From positions 1 through 64,000 of the forward strand of contig JAXMNT010000004.1 in assembly GCA_034670305.1 (NCBI GenBank): DNA of 64,000 nucleotides. Reading direction: 5' to 3'. Source of the DNA: Deltaproteobacteria bacterium. GTDB taxonomy: Bacteria > Myxococcota_A > Polyangia > Polyangiales > Houyiibacteriaceae. The stretch's first letter is position 1, and the number at the start of each line of letters is the position of its first letter. Position numbers and translations under genes: made by a program. Under the pieces are notes generated by a model. The model saw nothing but the letters and a program-made list of their open reading frames with translations, searched no databases and had not been told where the DNA came from. Of the stretch, positions 9,842 through 20,055 are shown piece after piece.

Positions 9842-10620
9842 CTACGGGTCCGAACGGGGCGCGCCTGCGGCGATCCAGTCGGCAACCGCCTCGATGTCCG
9901 CGAGCGCCAGTGCCCCCGAAGGCGGCATGACCTCACCCACGATGTGGTCGTCGTCGAGCATCTTGTAGATCAGGTACGAGGTCGAGGGGCGCCCTCCCCC
10001 TGCCACGACGTCGACGATGTCCATGCCGCCCAGTCCTCTCACCGCGGTGTGCTCCGCGCCGCCGGTCTGCTGGGCTGGCACACCAAGGGCCGTTCGTTCG
10101 ATGCCTTCCACACTGGCGAGGTCGAGCCCGGCGTCGGCGCGTTCGGCCCAATGGCACGCGGTGCAGTGCGCGCTGAAGATCTCGGTCACTCGGGCGAACG
10201 AGACCGGCCGCACCACCGGTGGGTCGAGTCGGTCCTCGGTGAAGAATCGAACGAGCACTGGGGGGACCTCGTTTCCGTCGAGGTCGCGCACCCCATCCAC
10301 TTCCAGCTCGTACTCCACGTTCGGCTGCAGCACCCCGGTGCCGAAGTCGGTGGCGACGATCTCGGAGCGCACCGGATCGAACCGCACGCTCAAGAACCGG
10401 GTCTCGGGCCCGCTTCGCACGAACACGGTGCCTCGGTGAACGGAGCTGGGACTCAGCCGTCGATCGAACCGCACCCGGAAGTCGGTGTCGCGGGCGACGG
10501 TCTCGCCCTCGGCCGGAACGGACTCGACGAACGCTGCGGCACTCGACCATTCCAGCCCGCCGCGATCGCAGGCAAAGGTTGCCAGCAAGAAACACAGCGT
10601 GAGGCACCAACGAACGGAGA
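9842..10620 (-). CDS. Ig-like domain + monoheme cytochrome c lipoprotein (start uncertain; ORF opens at 10765)
   Basis: Lipobox-like TFAC, Big_5-like region (SVPAEGE...VRFDRRL...LQPNVEY...VRDLDGN), CTACH, MPP distal Met, WIAAGA. Confidence 0.65.
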
Positions 10621-10686
10621 CATGCGACGCGGCCTGGGGAGCAATGCCCCCCAGGCCGTTCGGTTCAGTGGGTGCCGGGGGTGACT

Positions 10687-10941
10687 TCAGGACTCGCTGT
10701 ACGTCGAGAGCTGCTCTCGAAGCACGTCCTCGTTGATTCCGGTCCGGAGATGGTCCTTCAGACACTCCGCAACCGTAATCATCATGTCATCCACTCCCTT
10801 GTCTTCGATCAATTTCGAGAGCAGCGCTCGAGACTCACGGGTGTCTTCCTCGCGAAGGAACTGACGCACCTGGTCAATCGTGATGCCACCGTCGAAGTCG
10901 AGATAAATGTGCTCGATCAGGTACCGCGCTAGGCGATTCAC
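10687..10941 (-). CDS. Small acidic hypothetical protein (84 aa, MNRLARYLIEHIYLDFDGG...)
   Basis: Strong AGGAGGA RBS before GTG; protein-like composition. Confidence 0.75.
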   Translation of the reverse strand: MNRLARYLIEHIYLDFDGGITIDQVRQFLREEDTRESRALLSKLIEDKGVDDMMITVAECLKDHLRTGINEDVLREQLSTYSES

Positions 10942-11254
10942 GCTCGTCCTCCTGTGGTGATTCGTGCCCGGTTGCCCGGGACATCCCCCGGTGCTCCGGG
11001 ATCGGCGGACCCGAACGGCCACACGGCAGGGAACGAGTTCGACGACACAAGAGTGAGGGACCGCAGAACCGCGGCCCCGAGATCACCGGGGTCCTGGTTT
11101 GTAGTCGTCATTGGTTTCCGATGGCAACCAATTCTTTCCTTCTCTTGTTCGCCAGCCGGCGGAGCGGTGCTTCGCACGGCGTCCGCGCCGGAGTGCTGGA
11201 GGCCCGAACGCGACAAAGAGGGAGAATCGGCCCATCGGATGGTAGATTTCTCTA

Positions 11255-12574
11255 GTGGAAGGTCGCATTCGAGTTCTGGCAACGGCATTCGGGAGCGTGC
11301 CCGGGCCCAACGCGCACAGCACCGCCATGATGGCGCTCGCCGCCGGGATCCGAGGCGACCTCGATCTGATCACCTTGAAGACCGAGAGCCGCGCCCATCA
11401 GAGCCGCCTCGGCGAAGCCCGCCTCTTCCGCGTGAAGTGCACGGGCGAACCCAGCGAGCGCAGGGCCCAGTTCGCCCGCGCCGTGGGCCGGCAACTCGAC
11501 GCCGAGGCCTACGACATCGTGCATGTGCGGGGCCCGTTCGAAGGCGTGATGGTGGCCGACCTCCGAGGCCCCGACACCAAGCTGATCTACGAAGTCGCGA
11601 CGTTCGCGGACGAGGCCGAAGGTCCCCTCGCCGAGGAGGAGTGGGAGGCATCCCACGTCCGGTGCCTGGAAGCGGCGGACCTGGTCCTCGTCGGGGCGGA
11701 GGCTGCTGCGCGCGCGCTCGGCGAACGAGGATACGCAGGCAAGGTCGCCGTCGTCGGACCCGGGGTCGACGTGGACTCATTCGACTGGTGGCCCCGCGCG
11801 CCCGCGGCCGAGACGCGCATCGTGTACCTCGGCAGCTTCGCCGCCGACCGGGAGATCGTCACGTTGCTCAGCGCGTTGCGTGCGGCCTCTCAACGGGTCC
11901 CGCTGCAGGCGCTCATCGCAGGCGACCCGGATCCTGAGCGACGACAAGAGGTGCGCCGCCTCGTGGACGCGTTCGACCTGTCCGAGTTCGTCGACGTGCA
12001 AGGGGACCCGCGACCGGTCGCCCTCCCCTCGATCATCGCCGCCGCCGACCTCGCCGTCGTGACGGCGAGCGCCACGCCCCGTTTCCGCGAACTCGGCGAC
12101 TTGCCGCAGCCTCTGCTCGAGTACCTGGCCTGTCGACGTGCGGTCATCGCCGCGGGCGTTCCGGCGGTTGCGGAGATCGTACGCGACGAACGGGAGGGGT
12201 TGCTCTACCCACCGGGCGATGAGTCGAGCCTGGCCGATGCGATCGTCGCGCTCGCCACCGATCCCGACCTCCGCGACAGCCTCGTCGCACGAGCCTACGA
12301 GCGCACCCGCCGCGTCTTCAGTCTCGCCGCGCGGCGAAGGCGCATCGCCGAGGTCTACGAGATGCTGGCCTCGGGATCGCAGTCCTACGACGCCTGGGCC
12401 GAAGGTTTCGACGACGAGGTTCCGTGGGCACCCATCTCGTCTCTGGTCGATGTCGTGCCGGAGGTCCTACCCGAGCAGGCCACACCGATCGACGCCGTCT
12501 CGATCGAAGCGGACGCGACGATGGAGTTCGACGCGGTGCCGCTCGAAGGCACCGACACGAACGCCAACGCCTGA
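11255..12574 (+). CDS. Glycosyltransferase family 4-like (GT-B) protein
   Basis: PGVD, VYLGSF, LLEYLACRRAVIA..V..VAEIV...GLLYPPGD. Confidence 0.85.
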   Translation: MEGRIRVLATAFGSVPGPNAHSTAMMALAAGIRGDLDLITLKTESRAHQSRLGEARLFRVKCTGEPSERRAQFARAVGRQLDAEAYDIVHVRGPFEGVMVADLRGPDTKLIYEVATFADEAEGPLAEEEWEASHVRCLEAADLVLVGAEAAARALGERGYAGKVAVVGPGVDVDSFDWWPRAPAAETRIVYLGSFAADREIVTLLSALRAASQRVPLQALIAGDPDPERRQEVRRLVDAFDLSEFVDVQGDPRPVALPSIIAAADLAVVTASATPRFRELGDLPQPLLEYLACRRAVIAAGVPAVAEIVRDEREGLLYPPGDESSLADAIVALATDPDLRDSLVARAYERTRRVFSLAARRRRIAEVYEMLASGSQSYDAWAEGFDDEVPWAPISSLVDVVPEVLPEQATPIDAVSIEADATMEFDAVPLEGTDTNANA

Positions 12575-12619
12575 GTCCGGTACGCACGAACACCAACTCG
12601 GTCTCCTGAACGGTCCGCG

Positions 12620-14035
12620 CTAGCGGCAACGAACTTCGAGCGCGGGGCCGTCGCCATGACAGGTGATGCAGGCCCGGGCGTTGCGACGCAGGTCGTCCCC
12701 GCAGCGGTTGGCGAACCCGGCTGGGTGGGGAGAGACACCAGCGCCGATGCCGCTCGCTCCGTGACAGAGCACGCAGTCTTCTTCCACGTGGCAGCTCGCA
12801 CACGCCGACATCGATCGGCGGGCTTCCGCGCCATGAACATCCACGAAGTTCGAGGGGTGAAACGAGGTCCCGGCGATCGCGCTCGGCGAACTCACCGTCG
12901 AGAGTCCGAGGCGCGCGTGACACTCCCCACAGAAGCGCTGCACGGTGTGACAACTCGTGCACTGCGGATCGTTCCGTTGGGCGGCGGTCGCATGGGTGGT
13001 GAGGAAGTCGCCACGGTGTACGCGTGTCGGCCGCACCCGGCCGTCGTGGCAATCGGCGCACTCGTTCTCCTCGTGGCACTGAGCACAGAGTTCTCCCCGG
13101 TCCGCGGCCACCCACCGGTGACGCACGAGGAAGTCCGCGTCGTGATCCATGCCGTGCAACCACCGCGGGGGAAGCATCGCTGCGTGTGAACCCGGCGGTC
13201 GCTGATCGATGCGTCCATCCGGGGTCGCAAGATGACAGCCCGTGCACTCGGTGGGTGCGTCCCCGACTTGCGTGCCGATCCCGTCCGAACCGTGGCAGTC
13301 GAGGCAGCGGCGCATGCTCGGTAGGTGCCGGCGCGTGGCCAATCCCGCTTGTTGTACGCCTTCGTGGCAAGAGAGGCAGCGGGTGCCGCGGTGGGCGGCG
13401 TGGGAGAAGTGAAGCAGCGCCGGCGGGAAAGAAGACGGCTCCACGCGGTAGCCGGCGACAGCGGCAGCGGCGGCAGCATCAGCATCAGCATCAGCATCAG
13501 CATCAGCATCAGCATCAGCATCAGCATCAGCATCAGCATCAGCATCAGCATCAGCATCAGCATCAGCATCAGCATCAGCGGCAGCGGCAGCGGCAGCGGC
13601 AGCATCAGCATCAGCATCAGCGGCAGCGGCAGCCACGGCATCAGCGCCATCTGTCGCCGCGACGTGGGTGGGCCCCGTCGTCTCGCCCACGTGACAGACG
13701 CCGCAGGTATCGGCGGAGGCGTTCGCTCGATCGGTCTGGGCCGCGTGGCAGGGCAGACACGTCGCCTCGCCCGGGAGGTTGAGGTCCCGCACTTGAGTGC
13801 TCGACTCCACGTCTTGGTGGCACTGGACACAACGCAAGCGCACGTGGGCTGGATGCGCGTGGTTCATCCGAAGCGCGATCCGCTGCGGCGGATAGACCAC
13901 CTCGGAGCGCATGGTGGTGCCGCTCCGCATCGTTCGCCGCGCATCCGAGACGCCGTGCGTTCGGAAGCCGAAGACAAACGCCCCCACGACGAGTCCTGAA
14001 ACAAGCACCCGCGACGCCCACAGACCGCGACTCAT
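12620..14035 (-). CDS. Multiheme cytochrome c (13 CXXCH) with Ala-Asp repeat insert
   Basis: CVQCH, CLPCH, CGVCH, CLSCH, CLDCH, CTGCH, CAQCH, CADCH, CTSCH, CGECH, CASCH, CVLCH, CITCH; N-terminal hydrophobic segment. Confidence 0.9.
   Translation of the reverse strand: MSRGLWASRVLVSGLVVGAFVFGFRTHGVSDARRTMRSGTTMRSEVVYPPQRIALRMNHAHPAHVRLRCVQCHQDVESSTQVRDLNLPGEATCLPCHAAQTDRANASADTCGVCHVGETTGPTHVAATDGADAVAAAAADADADAAAAAAAAADADADADADADADADADADADADADADADADADAAAAAAVAGYRVEPSSFPPALLHFSHAAHRGTRCLSCHEGVQQAGLATRRHLPSMRRCLDCHGSDGIGTQVGDAPTECTGCHLATPDGRIDQRPPGSHAAMLPPRWLHGMDHDADFLVRHRWVAADRGELCAQCHEENECADCHDGRVRPTRVHRGDFLTTHATAAQRNDPQCTSCHTVQRFCGECHARLGLSTVSSPSAIAGTSFHPSNFVDVHGAEARRSMSACASCHVEEDCVLCHGASGIGAGVSPHPAGFANRCGDDLRRNARACITCHGDGPALEVRCR
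13475..13576. repeat. Perfect (AGCATC)x17 microsatellite encoding (AD)n inside the cytochrome
   Basis: Counted directly; flanked by CAGCGG-type units to ~13640. Confidence 0.95.
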
Positions 14036-15483
14036 CGGGCCAGCCTCAACCCGAGCGACGCCAGCGCGCGAAAGCGGTGGCCGACGATCCGGTTCTGGGA
14101 CCATTCGACTTCGAACCCGAGCTGACTGATCTCGGTCACCTTCGCGCGAGTCCCAATGGCGAGTGTCGTCGAGGTTCCATACAGGGCAGGCACGGTGGGA
14201 TGGTCGAAGTGCCACACCGAAGCGCGCGCGTACACTTCCGCGCGCAGGTAGGTGCGGCGCACGTCCGCGAGCACAGAAGCCGTCGGTGCGAGCGAGCCCT
14301 CCCAGACCTCGAACCGCAACCCCGCGTTCCAAGCGTGGCGCCGAAGCCGCACGTGGCCTTCGAGGCCGCCGTCCCGTTCGGTCTGCTGCGGCTGTGGCGC
14401 ACGCCGACCGAGAAGCGCGCCGCCCACGTCCACCGGACCCACCCGCCCAGACACCCGCGCGGTCAACCGCTGGGTCGGCACGAGATCGAAGTAGGCCCAG
14501 ATGGTGCCGAGATCGAAGCGCGGCTCGTGGTGCGTGAACCGCAGTCCGTAGGTCGTGCCCGCATGCACAACCGTGGCTTCGGCGGCCGCGTCGACGAAGG
14601 TGCCGTCGGTGGGATCCACGACCGCGCTGGCCGAGAGATCGAGCGAGGTCTTGCCCGATATGGGACGCGAACGAAGGCCCGCGCCGATGCGCCGCGCCAC
14701 CACCCCGTCGCCGTCACGCACTTCACGAAACGCCACGTGGCCACGCAGGATCCGCGCATCCCCCACCCGCACCGTTGCGCCGGTCGCGAACACCGCGCTC
14801 GGTTCATCGACGAACGGGACCCGCTCCGGCGCCAACCCCTCCGGCAACCGAAGTCGAAGCCCGCCCTGGGGCTCGAACCCAACGCTGCCCGCGAAGACGG
14901 CGCTCGTGACCTGACGCCCCGCGAATGCATCGAAGGCGATCCATCGATGCGGCGTGCCTTGGACCCGCAGCCCATCGAGTCGGAGAAACCCCACCGGGTC
15001 GGCGACTATGCTCCGACCCACCCGAAGACGCGTTCCGTCCGGGGCACGAAGTTCGATGCCGCCGGCCGGCACATCGAGCCGGGTGTCGTCGACCAGCACC
15101 TGGTGGTCGAAACGCGCGTCCGGATTCGTCTCACTCAGGCAGCGATCCTCAGCCCGCAGACACACATCGCCGAACTCCTGGTCCAGTCGCAGCTCCAGGT
15201 CGAAGGTCAGACGCCACGGCCGCTCCAGATCGCCGAGCAGCACCACCTCTCGAAACCCGGCGCGCTGCACCAGTCGACGCCGCTGCCAAGTGACCGGGCT
15301 GCGCGGCGTTCGGAGCTCGTAGAGCAGAAAGTCGGTCTGCGCGTGGAGCGACCAGCGCGACCGATCTTCGACCGGGGCGGCCGCGGTGGGTTGCGAAACC
15401 GCGGGCAGCTGGGCGATCGCCGGGGCAGAGACCGCCGCGAGCGCGAACAGGCCGCTCGCCCGAAGGAGCAAACCGCGTCGCAC
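14032..15483 (-). CDS. Putative outer-membrane beta-barrel protein
   Basis: Signal peptide (...APAIA-Q), many alternating amphipathic strands (WRLTFDLELRLD, WNAGLRFEVW, LGFEVEW, FRALASLGLRL); ATGA overlap with the cytochrome gene. Confidence 0.6.
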   Translation of the reverse strand: MRRGLLLRASGLFALAAVSAPAIAQLPAVSQPTAAAPVEDRSRWSLHAQTDFLLYELRTPRSPVTWQRRRLVQRAGFREVVLLGDLERPWRLTFDLELRLDQEFGDVCLRAEDRCLSETNPDARFDHQVLVDDTRLDVPAGGIELRAPDGTRLRVGRSIVADPVGFLRLDGLRVQGTPHRWIAFDAFAGRQVTSAVFAGSVGFEPQGGLRLRLPEGLAPERVPFVDEPSAVFATGATVRVGDARILRGHVAFREVRDGDGVVARRIGAGLRSRPISGKTSLDLSASAVVDPTDGTFVDAAAEATVVHAGTTYGLRFTHHEPRFDLGTIWAYFDLVPTQRLTARVSGRVGPVDVGGALLGRRAPQPQQTERDGGLEGHVRLRRHAWNAGLRFEVWEGSLAPTASVLADVRRTYLRAEVYARASVWHFDHPTVPALYGTSTTLAIGTRAKVTEISQLGFEVEWSQNRIVGHRFRALASLGLRLAR

Positions 15484-15651
15484 CGACGTGCGGCGGCGCG
15501 GCGCGTCACCGGGTTGGGGAGCGGTCCCCGCAAAGAACTGTGCAGGGTCCGAGAAGGGCGCGGTGGGTGGTCCCAGCACGGCGGCAGCCTACCCCAACAA
15601 TCGACGACCCGGGGTTGCGCAACCCTGCCCCTCGACCCACCGTTGCGGCGT

Positions 15652-16036
15652 TGGAGAGGTACGGGGATTCGCCGGTACGTCGCGGGCAACCGCGGCGGAC
15701 GGGAGGAAAGTCCGAGCACCACAGGGCAGAGTGCCAGGTAACGCCTGGTGGGGGCGACCCCGAGGACAGTGCCACAGAGAGCAGACTGCCGCGCCGCTTC
15801 GGCCGCGCGGTGAGGGTGAAAGGGTGAGGTAAGAGCTCACCGGGTCGGCGGTAACGTCGACCGCATGGCAAACCCCACTTGGTGCAAGACGAAATAGGGA
15901 AGCGCTCGAGGACGGCCCGTCCGAGCTTCCGGGTTGCGTTGCTCGAGGCGCGTGGTGACGCGCGCCCTAGATGAATGAGTCCCACCCGTGTCCGGCGACG
16001 TCCACGGGAACAGAACTCGGCTTACGAACCCTCCGG
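15652..16036 (+). ncRNA. rnpB: RNase P RNA, bacterial class A
   Basis: GAGGAAAGTCCGAGC, AGTGCCACAGA, GGGTGAAAGGGTGAGGTAAGAGCTCACC, GGCAAACCCCAC, TAGATGAATG, AGAACTCGGCTTA. Confidence 0.97.
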
Positions 16037-16037
16037 C

Positions 16038-16069
16038 CAGTGCACCTCCTTCGGGGGGTGCACTGCTTT
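16038..16069 (+). terminator. Hairpin/terminator downstream of rnpB
   Basis: CAGTGCACCTCC-TTCG-GGGGGTGCACTG (12-bp stem, UUCG loop) then CTTT. Confidence 0.75.
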
Positions 16070-16084
16070 GTGCTGTCCACTTTC

Positions 16085-16113
16085 TTGGACGGCGATCCCA
16101 CCCTCGATAGGTT
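16085..16113 (+). promoter_or_regulatory. Putative sigma70 promoter, leaderless configuration
   Basis: TTGGAC-N17-TAGGTT ending 6 nt before ATG 16120; no SD. Confidence 0.45.
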
Positions 16114-16119
16114 CGGGGC

Positions 16120-17331
16120 ATGCGACTGCGATCGGTCCTGGCTCTGCTGCTCGCCCTCGGAACGGGCTGTGGCGGAGCTGCGGGATCGGACACCGCGAGC
16201 GACACGGGCGTGGATGCCGGAGTCGACGCGATCGTTCCTTCGGTCCAACTGCCCGTCCAGCTTCCGTCGGAACCCGCCGTCGAAGCGCGGGTTGTTGGGC
16301 CACCGCGCGCGGGCGAACGAATCGCCATCGAAGCCGGCACGTACCGCATCGGCACCCGGCCCGGACAACTCGGACGGGTACCACGCGACGAAGCCGACCT
16401 CGTCGGGATCGAAGTGGGCGACTACGAGATCGATCGCCTGCCCTACCCCAACGACCCCGACCTCCCGCCCCGCACCGGCGTCACCCAAACCGAAGCGCAG
16501 TCCGCCTGCCGCGAACGTGGTCAGCGCCTGTGCAGCGAACTCGAGTGGGAGCTCGCGTGCACGGGCGGCGAGACCGGCCGCGCTTTCGCGACGGGCGAGA
16601 CGATGGACCCGAGCTGCGAAGACGACTGTCCCTCACCGTCGGGGGCGCTTCGCCTGGGTGCGCCGATCGGCGAGTGGACCGCGAACCGTGGCAACCGCGG
16701 CCTGCCCGCCGCAGCCGCCGTCTTCCGCGGGGCCGCGCTTGGCGGCGAACTCGAGAAACATCGCTGCGGCGCGCGGCGTGCCGCAGACCCGTTGACCCGA
16801 AGTCCCAACCTCGGTTTCCGCTGCTGCAGCTCCGACGGCGACGGCTCCGCCGCCCCCGCGTACCCCACCGAACGCGAAGCGCCACGGTTCCGTCCGCAGA
16901 CCGCGCCCGAACAGGCAGAGGTCGCCGCGATCCTCACGTCCGTCCCCGAGCTCGCTGCGCTCGCCGGCGACCTGCGCCTGTTCGACGTCGAGGCCATGGG
17001 CCGTGTCGTCGCGGACCCGGCGATGCTGCGCGGGTGGGAACTCGCTGGCCCACTGCTCGAGTGGTCGCCGACCTACGGCGAACGTTTGCTGATCCTCACC
17101 GGGCGCAGCGGCGAGAGCGCGTTCTTGGCCGTCGTGCACCCCATGCCCGATGGCAGCTACCTCCACGTCGGCAGCGTCGTCCTCGAAGGCGAACCCGGTC
17201 CCATCGCGGTCGCATTCACCCCGCCTTCCACCGACGAAGTCCTCTGGAGCGCGAAGTGGGGCGAGAGCGCCGAAGGCGGCGCCATCGTCTGGCACGACGA
17301 ACAAGGCCGCGCCGAAATCGTCACCCGCTAG
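16120..17331 (+). CDS. FGE-sulfatase (SUMF1-like) domain lipoprotein
   Basis: Lipobox GTGC, GQRLCSELEWELAC, GEWT, LGFRCC. Confidence 0.75.
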   Translation: MRLRSVLALLLALGTGCGGAAGSDTASDTGVDAGVDAIVPSVQLPVQLPSEPAVEARVVGPPRAGERIAIEAGTYRIGTRPGQLGRVPRDEADLVGIEVGDYEIDRLPYPNDPDLPPRTGVTQTEAQSACRERGQRLCSELEWELACTGGETGRAFATGETMDPSCEDDCPSPSGALRLGAPIGEWTANRGNRGLPAAAAVFRGAALGGELEKHRCGARRAADPLTRSPNLGFRCCSSDGDGSAAPAYPTEREAPRFRPQTAPEQAEVAAILTSVPELAALAGDLRLFDVEAMGRVVADPAMLRGWELAGPLLEWSPTYGERLLILTGRSGESAFLAVVHPMPDGSYLHVGSVVLEGEPGPIAVAFTPPSTDEVLWSAKWGESAEGGAIVWHDEQGRAEIVTR

Positions 17332-17339
17332 CCCGGCGG

Positions 17340-17377
17340 TCGGCCTCGGCTTCGGCTTCGGCGTCGGCGTCGGCTTC
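17340..17377 (+). repeat. Intergenic TCGGCN hexamer array (6 units)
   Basis: tcggcc tcggct tcggct tcggcg tcggcg tcggct. Confidence 0.8.
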
Positions 17378-17442
17378 CCCGGTCGCCATCGATGTCGGCT
17401 TCTGCGTCCGCCGACGCCCGCTTCGTCGTAGACTCGGTCCCC

Positions 17443-18213
17443 ATGAGCTCTTGGGTTCGAATCGAAGTGAACGGAGCCGTCGCTTGGGCCGAAGAAGACG
17501 GCGACGCGTGCCACCTCCTGAGCGACGCGCCCTGGTGCGACGCCACCCGCACCGGCGCCTCGGTCGAGACGGCCACCGCGACGCGCCACGCGCCCGCGAC
17601 CCCGTCGAAGATTGTGTGCGTCGGCCGCAACTACGCGGCGCATGCGAAAGAACTCGGCAACGACGTGCCGAAGTTGCCGCTCTTGTTCCTCAAGCCACCG
17701 AGCGCACTCGTGGGACCGGGCGCCAACATCGAACTGCCGGCCGAGAGCGAACGCGTCGAACACGAAGCGGAGCTGGCCCTCGTCGTCGGTCGGACCTTGC
17801 GAGACGCAGACGAGTCCGCCGCACGCGCCGCGGTGTTCGGGTTCACCGGCGCCAACGATGTGACGGCGCGGGACCTGCAGCGCGCCGACGTGCAGTTCAC
17901 CCGAGCCAAGGGCTTCGACACCTTCTGCCCGATCGGTCCGAGGCTCGTGGCGGCGGACGGACTCGACCCGTCGGATCTCTTCGTGCGTGCCCGGGTCGAC
18001 GGCGAGGTCCGGCAGGACGGCCGAACGAGCGCCATGATGTGGCCGGCGTTCGCGCTCGTCGCGTACATCTCGAAGATCATGACGCTGCTGCCCGGCGACC
18101 TGATCCTCACTGGAACGCCCGCTGGTGTCGGCCCGATGGTCGCGGGTGAGGTCGTTGAAGTGGACGTCGAGGGTGTGGGGGTGTTGCGGAACCCGGTGGT
18201 CGCGCGGAGCTGA
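17443..18213 (+). CDS. Fumarylacetoacetate hydrolase family protein
   Basis: KIVCVGRNYAAHAKE, EHEAEL, NDVTARDLQ, KGFDTFCPIGP, GDLILTGTPAGVG. Confidence 0.93.
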   Translation: MSSWVRIEVNGAVAWAEEDGDACHLLSDAPWCDATRTGASVETATATRHAPATPSKIVCVGRNYAAHAKELGNDVPKLPLLFLKPPSALVGPGANIELPAESERVEHEAELALVVGRTLRDADESAARAAVFGFTGANDVTARDLQRADVQFTRAKGFDTFCPIGPRLVAADGLDPSDLFVRARVDGEVRQDGRTSAMMWPAFALVAYISKIMTLLPGDLILTGTPAGVGPMVAGEVVEVDVEGVGVLRNPVVARS

Positions 18214-18218
18214 GCGGG

Positions 18219-18416
18219 GCCGAGGCCGAGGCCGAAGCTGATCCCGAAGCGGACGCCGAAGCCGACGCCGACGCCGAAGCCGAAGCCGATGCCGACGCCG
18301 ATGCCGGAGCCGATTCCGAAGCCGATCCCGACGCCGACGCCGACGCCGAAGCCGACGCCGATCCCGACTCCGATCCCGACTCCGAAGCCGATGCCGACGC
18401 CGATACCGACTCCGAG
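18219..18416 (-). repeat. Intergenic degenerate TCGGCN hexamer array (GCCGAN on plus strand)
   Basis: Fills the gap between two convergent stop codons. Confidence 0.9.
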
Positions 18417-18424
18417 CCCCCCTG

Positions 18425-18853
18425 CTACGGCCAGTCGAAGAGGCGGCTGGTGATGAGGCCGGTGGTGAATGAGCTGGCGTTGCCGAGGACGGATCCGCCG
18501 AAGCCGTAGATCCAGCGGCGCGGCATCGTCGTCGGGAGGAACGCGACGAGGACGAGGCCTTCGATCGCCGTGAGCGTGACTTCGCAGACCGCGGCGGTGC
18601 CCCAATAGCCGAACGTCGCGTAGAGCGCAGGGAACGCCACCCACCAGAGGATGGGATGGGTCAACGCGCTCGGGAGCAACGCGCTCACGGCGAGGCGCAT
18701 GGCCGGCACATCGGGGCGCTGTTGCGGAAGCGTGAGGTCCTGGGCTTCCGACGCGGCTCGGTGCGCCCAGCGGAGAAGGAAGAAGTAGATGGGCGCTTCG
18801 ATGAACTGCGTCAGGCCGTAAGCAAAGAGCCAGTGCATCTCGGGCTGGTGCAC
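18425..18853 (-). CDS. Hypothetical integral membrane protein
   Basis: [23 protein letters not shown]-type motifs; several TM helices. Confidence 0.7.
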   Translation of the reverse strand: MHQPEMHWLFAYGLTQFIEAPIYFFLLRWAHRAASEAQDLTLPQQRPDVPAMRLAVSALLPSALTHPILWWVAFPALYATFGYWGTAAVCEVTLTAIEGLVLVAFLPTTMPRRWIYGFGGSVLGNASSFTTGLITSRLFDWP

Positions 18854-19255
18854 CTACTCTTCTTCGCTCTCCGACTTCCGCTTTGCAGCCTTCTCCTTGG
18901 CCTTCGCGGTGACGTCGTCGACGGCCGCGCCGAGCTTCTTCGTGAGCTTCGAGAGCTCCGATCCAAGCTGCTTCGCGAGCGGCTCGGCCGAGGCACCAAG
19001 TTTCGCGAACACGCGCTCGGCTTCCTTGGCGGCGGAGCTGAAGGCGGGGTCGAGTTTGTCTTCCACCTTCTTGGTCGCGGCATCGATCTTCGGATCGAGC
19101 TTCTCCACGCTGTCCGTCACGGTCTTCACCGTCTTGGATTGGGCCGCCTTGTCGAAGAGCTTGCTCGCCGCGCTCTTGAACAGGTCGATCGCTTCGAAGA
19201 GGTCCTCTTTGGCCCCCTTCTCTCCCTTGTCGTCGTCGTCCGCCATGGACGCCAT
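18854..19255 (-). CDS. Hypothetical Lys/Ala-rich amphipathic helical protein
   Basis: Protein-like composition, abuts the next gene. Confidence 0.7.
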   Translation of the reverse strand: MASMADDDDKGEKGAKEDLFEAIDLFKSAASKLFDKAAQSKTVKTVTDSVEKLDPKIDAATKKVEDKLDPAFSSAAKEAERVFAKLGASAEPLAKQLGSELSKLTKKLGAAVDDVTAKAKEKAAKRKSESEEE

Positions 19256-19416
19256 CCTGCCCCCACAGATCGGAAAGTCAAAGCTCCGATCCCAGCAAGA
19301 CGTCGCTTCCGCTGGCGATCGCCTGATCGACTACGAGATCGCCCGCCGGCCCACCTTCCGACGCGCGCCCCGTTGTCACCGCCCCAGTCTCGCGATGCGA
19401 GCCAGGCGCAACGAAG

Positions 19417-19983
<567 letters not shown>

Positions 19984-20055
19984 GTCTGCACCCTCCCGCC
20001 CTGTGGCGTGTGTTCGCTGGCTCGCCCGCCAGCAGTCTGTTTTTGTGGTGGAATC

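Noticed and set aside
15386-16036. ORFs across the rnpB region
   Set aside because: Explained by the RNase P RNA gene
18211-18420. Stop-codon readthrough or selenocysteine extension into the hexamer arrays
   Set aside because: Preceding stops differ (TGA, TAG), frames are inconsistent, and no SECIS-like hairpin was seen
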